Virus record (IMG/VR): IMGVR_UViG_3300029267_004155
DNA from: a virus
Lineage: Duplodnaviria; Caudoviricetes
Length of the DNA: 64,000 nucleotides
Strand: one strand, 5' to 3'
Shown here one piece after another: positions 58,301 to 64,000 of the stretch (the stretch's first letter is position 1; the number at the start of each line of letters is the position of its first letter). The notes under the pieces were generated by a model, which saw only the letters and a program-made list of their open reading frames with translations, did not search any database and was not told the origin of the DNA. The position numbers and the translations under genes are program-made.

Positions 58301-58961
58301 GCTTTATCTCGCCCTGGGGCGCTATCTGGTGGTGAAAAGGGCGGAAGGTGGAGAAGTCCGGACTTTCAAGCGCCCCGACGGGCGTATAATGGCAGTGAGG
58401 TGGTGTCCGGACCCGAAGGCGGGCGACCGACCCACCCTGGGGCAGTTTTGCCAGGCCTACGGGCTGGAGCGGGAGAGGTGATGGTGGACAGGCAGCGACA
58501 GATGGAGGATGCGATGGGGCGCTGGTGCCAGGAGGGCTACCAGTGCATGGTCGCCGTCATGGACGACGGTGACGACAGGGCCCTGACCCGGTGCCTGTCC
58601 ACGCTGCCGCAGCCGATCGTCGTGGACCTCTGCCTCAGGCTCTCCAGGGTCATGGCCGCGATGCCGCCCTGGTGGGCCGGCGCGAAAGGGGGCGCTCTCG
58701 CCGTCAAGGGCGGCGGGGGGACCGACGAGATGGCGAGGGAGGTGGGCGAGGCTCTGGGCGGCGACGTCGTCATGGCGGTCGGCGTGGCCACGGGCCACCA
58801 GTCGGTCTACATCCGGGGGTCCGTCATGGAGGTGGTCTACCTGGCAATGCGGACGGTTATCTCGATGGAGCGCAGCATGGCCGAGGCGAGGAGGGGCGGG
58901 GAAGGCCCGCCGACGGGCCCGGGGCCGATAGGCCACTACAGCTTGAACTGAGGAGTCGACC

Positions 58962-59591
58962 ATGGACGTGGAAAGCGAGACGGCGAGGCGGAGGGCGGAC
59001 CTGGACCGGAGGCTGGCTGAGAACGCGTTGCTGGAGCGCCAGGCCAGCGAGGCCGATGACAGGATGATCGAGGTCGTCTCCAGCCTGGAGGTGGGGCAGC
59101 AGGCCCTGGTCTTCCTGGAGCGTGTGGCCAACGCCAGGCGCGGGGCCATGAAGGGCAAGATCGAGACGGTCGTGACGGAGGCGCTGAGGCTCATCTACGG
59201 GCCGGACTACTCCGTCGAGCTGACCTACTGCATGAAGAACAATCGTTCCAACCTGGACGTGGAGCTCGTCAGGAAGACCGCGGTCGGCGAGGTCAGGCGC
59301 GGCCTTGGCGGCTTCGGGGGAGGCGTGGCTGACACGATCAGCGTCCCCATGCGCCTCATGGTCCTGATCGGCTCCAGGCAGACGGACCGGGTGTGCGCGC
59401 TGGACGAGTGCTGGAAGCACATAGACCCCGACAGGGTCGAGCTCGTGGCCCAGTTCCTGAGGGCGCTGTCGGACAGGCTCGGGGTGCAGCTCCTCATTAG
59501 CTCGCATCACGAGAGGATGGTGGACGTGGCCGACCGGGCCTACCACGTGACGGAGGAAGATGGTCGTTCGATAGTTGGCAGGGTAACGTGA
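58962..59591 (+). CDS. SbcC/Rad50/gp46-like ATPase C-terminal-half protein
   Basis: Coiled coil, then GGGVADTIS (signature-like), ALDE (Walker B), ISSH. Confidence 0.75.
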   Translation: MDVESETARRRADLDRRLAENALLERQASEADDRMIEVVSSLEVGQQALVFLERVANARRGAMKGKIETVVTEALRLIYGPDYSVELTYCMKNNRSNLDVELVRKTAVGEVRRGLGGFGGGVADTISVPMRLMVLIGSRQTDRVCALDECWKHIDPDRVELVAQFLRALSDRLGVQLLISSHHERMVDVADRAYHVTEEDGRSIVGRVT

Positions 59592-59606
59592 GAAGGAGAC
59601 GGGAAG

Positions 59607-60128
59607 ATGGCTAGGCAGATAGAGGCGTCGGAGGCGCTCGTGGCGGTCGCGGACGAGGCTGCGCGGGTGAACAACAGGCTGACCGAGCTGACGGCCCAGG
59701 ACAAGGGCTACAAGCTCAAGATCGTCGAGGGCGTCAAGGGGATGTTCGAGAAGGGGGAGAAGTCCGTCGTCGTCCGGGGGACGGAGGCCGACGTGATGGT
59801 GACCGCCTCCGACAAGGTGACGATCCTGGTCGGCGAGCCGGTCTTCGAGGAGCTTGTCAGGCCGGCCATCGACTCGGGCCTCCTGGACCTGGTCGACGCG
59901 AAGAGGAGGCTCGTCGTGGCCCCGGGGGACGTGCAGAGGGCCGCGGACGCCCTGGAGGCTGCCGGCATCGGGGCGAGCATCGAGGTGGCCTACTCCGCCA
60001 AGGCGGCGGACCTGGACGGCCCGGGGTCCAGGACCGGCGAGGTGGAGCATGACAAGGCTGCCGAGGCGCTGGACAGGGTGGTGAGGACGAGCCGGGACTA
60101 CAGGGTCTCGTTCAAGTGGAGGGGCTGA
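59607..60128 (+). CDS. Hypothetical protein
   Basis: Operon context. Confidence 0.6.
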   Translation: MARQIEASEALVAVADEAARVNNRLTELTAQDKGYKLKIVEGVKGMFEKGEKSVVVRGTEADVMVTASDKVTILVGEPVFEELVRPAIDSGLLDLVDAKRRLVVAPGDVQRAADALEAAGIGASIEVAYSAKAADLDGPGSRTGEVEHDKAAEALDRVVRTSRDYRVSFKWRG

Positions 60129-60129
60129 C

Positions 60130-62706
60130 ATGGGGAAAGACAAAGATCAAGAGCAGGACCTCTCGTACGAGGGCTGCTACGGGCCGAAGCTGAGCTACTC
60201 CGAGCTCGACGACTTCCTGGCCGAGTCGTTCAGCCTGAACTACGAGATCAAGAACGATCGGGACCGGTTCTCCACCTGCGTGTGGGGTCATTCCGGTGTC
60301 GGAAAGTGCATTGCTGGGGAGTCTCTCGTCGTGACTGACGACGGGATGGTGGAGATAGCCGAGTGCTGTGACGGCCTGGGGGACGACTCCACAAGGGGGG
60401 TTGTCGACCTTAGGGTTCACACTCCGAACCGAAGCGACCCGATGCAGCAGGTAGCTTTTGTGTATCATGCCGGTTTGAAGGATGCCATCGGGATCAGGAC
60501 GAGCAATGGGAGGGAGATCGTTGGCAGCCTGGAGCATCCGGTGAAGGTGCTGACGGAATCGGGGTTCAAATGGAAGAACCTGCCCGAACTGGAGATCGGC
60601 GATTTTGTCGTTGTCGATTTTGTCAGGGTCGATGCGCCCGACATGGGGCTTCCTTCCCTTGGCGACCTCGGGAGATATTGCATCCGTGATTTTGTGGTGC
60701 CATCGAGGATGACGCCCGACTTGGCCTTCGTGCTCGGGGCTCTCGTTGGGGAGGGGGCACAGGGCTCTCGTTATGTGGTCAAGTTCTCGCAGCATGAGTC
60801 TCGTCCGCTCGGGGACGCCTACTGTCTGAGATTTGAAAAAGTGTTTGGGCTCCGGCCTGTTCGATCTTCCCACAAGGGGGATGGCAATTTCGACTACTCT
60901 GTGAACAGGACGGCGATCAGGAGGTGGCTGGCCGAGATAGGTCTTGACTATGCGGGAAGCGACGATGTGCGCGTTCCCTATTCCGTCATGCGGTCCTCGA
61001 AACGTAGCCAGTTGGGGTTTCTGAAGGCGCTCGTGGAGGCCGGGGGCTCCAACGAGTTGCATGGAATCTCGATAGGGTCGAACTCGAAGAGGATGCTGGA
61101 GCAGGTGCAGTTCATGCTTCTGCGTTTCGGCGTGATGGCCTCTCTCAGAAGGAAGACGAAGAAGGCGTGGAGGCTGAACGTTACCGGAGAGGACGCGAGG
61201 GCCTTCAATGAGGTTGTCGGCTTCTCCAGGGCCGCGGGTGAATGGCTTGATCGTTCATCCAATCCGAACAAGGATGGTGTCCCCTCCTGTTGGGCGTGGG
61301 GGTTCCTTCGGGCCATGAAGGATTCGCACCTGGCGAATGGTGGCCATGTCGGGAAGAAGGCCGTCCACTCCTGTCCGCTGAACAGCATCTATGGCGAGGG
61401 CCTCAAGAAGAGGCGAAAGGTGTGGAGCAGGGAGAAGGTTGAGAGGATTGCTGCCGTCCTGGATGCCGCCGACGAGTCGTACAGGACGCTTCTGGACTAT
61501 GTGATGGCTTATAGGTACGAGACAGTGGAGGAGACCTGGGATGCTGGTCGCATTCCCCTCTTCGATCTGTGCGTGCCGAATGGTCATGAGTTCGTGGCTA
61601 ATGGGATCGTGGTTCACAATTCTGGTAAGATCGACCAGTTCCGGAAGGTGCCGGTCAAGTGGGAGGGCGACGACTACGAGGGCTACGACGTCAGGCATGT
61701 CCCCATCGCGCAGTTCGAGGAGATGGGCGACCTGCACGGGCTCCCCGACAAGCACGTCCTGATTCGCAGGAATCACGGCAGGAACGATGAGCTGTGGGTG
61801 CCGATGGAAGTGGCCAAGGGCTACGTCAACGACGGGTGGGACGTCGATCACACGGCGGGCGTCAGGACAATGTACGCGCCTCCGGACTGGGTGCCTCACC
61901 GGCCGGGGCCGTCGATCCTCCACCTGGAGGACTGGAACCGGGCGAGCGGCCGCATCGTCAAGGGGATCATGCAGCTGATGCAGACCTACGGGATGATGAG
62001 CTGGAGGCTGCCGCCTGGCTGCAACATAGTGATGTCGGCCAACCCGGACGAGCAGGAGTACCTCGTGACGACCATCGACAAGGCGATCCTGACCAGGTTC
62101 CGCAGCGCGACCCTGAGGCACGACGCCAAGGAGTGGGCGGTCTGGGCCGACGCCCAGGGGCTCGACCCACGGGGGATCAACTACGTCCTGTCCTACCCCG
62201 AGATGATGGTCGGGGGCGAGAGGACGATGCCGCGGACGCTGTCGGACTTCTTCCGGTACTCAAAGAGGGTGCCGAGCCTGAAGGGCAAGGAGTCGGTCGC
62301 GCGTCTCAGGAGGATGGCCCAGGCGCTCCTGGACGACGTCACGGTCCATTCCATCCTGACCTTCTTCCAGAGGGACGTGGAGATGGCCGTCGAGCCGGAG
62401 CGGATACTGCTCGGGGACGAGTCGGCCTTCAAGCACGTCAAGGACCTCATGACCAGGAGGGAGAAGAGGATCGACGTGGTCGGGGTCATCTCCAGCCGGC
62501 TCTTCGCCAGGCTGGCCAACCCCGAGTGCGAGCAGACGGCGTCGGCAGTTGCCAACGTCCAGCGCTTCCTGACGCTGCCGTGCCTGGAGGAGGACATGAG
62601 GCATGCCCTCTGCCTCCGCATCAACAGGGTCCGTGACGAGGGGCGCATGGTGCAGTGGATACTCGGGAACGACGAGCTCAAGGACCTCATCATGAAGGTG
62701 GTGTGA
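60130..62706 (+). CDS. AAA+ ATPase interrupted by an intein
   Basis: WGHSGVGK|S Walker A, YAPPDW, LEDWNRA, SANP, D.AILTRF, MPRT. Confidence 0.88.
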   Translation: MGKDKDQEQDLSYEGCYGPKLSYSELDDFLAESFSLNYEIKNDRDRFSTCVWGHSGVGKCIAGESLVVTDDGMVEIAECCDGLGDDSTRGVVDLRVHTPNRSDPMQQVAFVYHAGLKDAIGIRTSNGREIVGSLEHPVKVLTESGFKWKNLPELEIGDFVVVDFVRVDAPDMGLPSLGDLGRYCIRDFVVPSRMTPDLAFVLGALVGEGAQGSRYVVKFSQHESRPLGDAYCLRFEKVFGLRPVRSSHKGDGNFDYSVNRTAIRRWLAEIGLDYAGSDDVRVPYSVMRSSKRSQLGFLKALVEAGGSNELHGISIGSNSKRMLEQVQFMLLRFGVMASLRRKTKKAWRLNVTGEDARAFNEVVGFSRAAGEWLDRSSNPNKDGVPSCWAWGFLRAMKDSHLANGGHVGKKAVHSCPLNSIYGEGLKKRRKVWSREKVERIAAVLDAADESYRTLLDYVMAYRYETVEETWDAGRIPLFDLCVPNGHEFVANGIVVHNSGKIDQFRKVPVKWEGDDYEGYDVRHVPIAQFEEMGDLHGLPDKHVLIRRNHGRNDELWVPMEVAKGYVNDGWDVDHTAGVRTMYAPPDWVPHRPGPSILHLEDWNRASGRIVKGIMQLMQTYGMMSWRLPPGCNIVMSANPDEQEYLVTTIDKAILTRFRSATLRHDAKEWAVWADAQGLDPRGINYVLSYPEMMVGGERTMPRTLSDFFRYSKRVPSLKGKESVARLRRMAQALLDDVTVHSILTFFQRDVEMAVEPERILLGDESAFKHVKDLMTRREKRIDVVGVISSRLFARLANPECEQTASAVANVQRFLTLPCLEEDMRHALCLRINRVRDEGRMVQWILGNDELKDLIMKVV
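60307..61620 (+). mobile_element. Intein with LAGLIDADG homing-endonuclease domain
   Basis: Starts CIAGESLV; SLEHPV block B; LGALVGEG and FLKALVEAGG blocks; ends FVANGIVVHN|S; visibly lower GC. Confidence 0.93.
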
Positions 62707-63047
62707 TGGCTAGGCTTGTGGTCATGGCTCAGAGGATGCCCGGGGTCGGGCGCATGTTCGTGCGCGGGACCTTCACCCAGAAGAAGAACGCGTGGGACTC
62801 CATGGTCGGCCTCGTGCCGGACCTGGAGTCCTCCATGGTGGCCTACGACGACGTCGTGGCGACCGAGTCGCCGCTCACCTACCGAAGGGTCTGCGACTTG
62901 CTGCGGAGGAACGGGAGGGCCGTCGTCGGGCGACCGGGGGGCGACAAGGAGTTCCTGCTGCTGGAGGGCGAGGCGAACGAGGTGAGGTCCTGGGACGTGA
63001 GCGACGGAGGGGCTCCTGTGCCGAACCCGGCGAGGGGGTCGGGGTGA
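62706..63047 (+). CDS. Hypothetical protein
   Basis: TGATG coupling. Confidence 0.55.
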   Translation: MARLVVMAQRMPGVGRMFVRGTFTQKKNAWDSMVGLVPDLESSMVAYDDVVATESPLTYRRVCDLLRRNGRAVVGRPGGDKEFLLLEGEANEVRSWDVSDGGAPVPNPARGSG

Positions 63048-63430
63048 GACGGGGCGGCCGCAAGTTGAAGAGGGCCTACGACTACGAGACGGGAGAGCTC
63101 CTGAGGGATGGCGACAGCTCGTGGCCCGGACGCATCATGTCGATGCGGAGGCATCCGGATCGGCCCATGGTCTACTTCCTTTGCAGGAACGACCGCGACG
63201 AGTGGACCATGATGGTCTCTCTCGCCGACGCGGTCTGCGAGCCGTGGCTGGCTCGCCAGGTTCCCGCTTCCGTCATGGAGGAGATGCTGTACGACGCCTT
63301 CGTCGGCTATGTCCTTCCCACGCCGGTGACGCCCGAGCGGTTCGCCAGGCGGTCGTCCGCGAGGCCGCAGGTGAAGCCGCAGGCGGTCGCCGTCTCCGAG
63401 TCCCTCTGGCTGCCGGCCGTTGACCTCCCT

Positions 63431-63520
63431 TGACTTTTTTCGCTGTCCGCGTGGAAAATCGCCCTCTTTCGGCAATATGGGGTGGAGCGTGTGACGAGAA
63501 CGGCCAACACAAGGAGGACG
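63431..63520 (+). promoter_or_regulatory. Conserved promoter/RBS module, copy 4
   Basis: Shared core motif. Confidence 0.8.
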
Positions 63521-63522
63521 AC

Positions 63523-63987
63523 ATGAGCGACCTGACGCTTGAGGACCTGATCCCCGGGACCATGGCGGCGAGGCTCGATGGCAAGCTGGCGATCGTGCTG
63601 GAGCAGAAGCCTGGCAATCCGAGCAACCCCGTCATTTTCCAGATGGCCGGCAAGGCGCTCGGCGCCCGGTACAAGGGGCCGGTGGCGGACTTCACGGCCG
63701 TCGTGGGGCTCGTCGACATGGATGCGCTGAGGGAGGCCGCGACGACGATGCCGGGTGGCCCTCCGCGGTCCGGCCATGCCGGGGTCGACGACGACTTCCT
63801 GGTTCCCGACAGCCTCAAGGGCATCAAGGTCGGGGACCAGATCAGGATCAGGGGGCGACGCGGGGACGAGGTCGTCACGTACGAAGGGTACAACCACCGG
63901 CGTCCGAGGTACCCGGTCAGCTTCACGACGGTGTCGGGCCGTCAGATGAAGGGCGGCGTGAGCATCGTTCTCGGGAAGGCGGGCTGA
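63523..63987 (+). CDS. Hypothetical protein with two similar halves
   Basis: AAGGAGG RBS after promoter module. Confidence 0.65.
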   Translation: MSDLTLEDLIPGTMAARLDGKLAIVLEQKPGNPSNPVIFQMAGKALGARYKGPVADFTAVVGLVDMDALREAATTMPGGPPRSGHAGVDDDFLVPDSLKGIKVGDQIRIRGRRGDEVVTYEGYNHRRPRYPVSFTTVSGRQMKGGVSIVLGKAG

Positions 63988-64000
63988 TGGACGTCATGTC

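Noticed and set aside
2630-62693. Many long minus-strand and alternative-frame ORFs (e.g. 48890..51529, 6977..8776, 29377..31410)
   Set aside because: Shadow ORFs of GC-rich + strand genes; no motifs or RBS and skewed Arg/Pro/Leu composition.

Overview
Segment of a large, high-GC tailed phage or phage-plasmid genome; no intact structural module is visible here, and nearly all genes are on the + strand. 1-36 kb: dense small accessory ORFs, including RmlD, a serpin-like protein, a SAM methyltransferase, glycosyl/sulfotransferases and a large expanded Zn-ribbon family that shares a G-[DE]-V-x-A-x-[DE]-E tail. A non-coding region at ~26.8-28.1 kb carries direct repeats and a dif-like XerC/D site. 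36.3-46 kb: an array of 37 canonical-looking tRNA genes covering all 20 amino acids, plus aberrant tRNA-like RNAs, in three blocks. Main discovery: each block is preceded by a promoter, a 26-29 aa leader ORF and an antiterminator/terminator switch, and each leader's codons match the tRNAs encoded in its own downstream block, down to isoacceptor level. This looks like codon-matched, ribosome-sensing attenuation of phage tRNA operons. 47-64 kb: CobT-like vWA and CobS/MoxR-like AAA+ genes, a WGR protein, NAD-dependent DNA ligase, an SbcC/gp46-like C-terminal protein and an intein-containing AAA ATPase, with four copies of a conserved ~90-bp promoter module. All calls come from reading the sequence by eye; no database searches were run.
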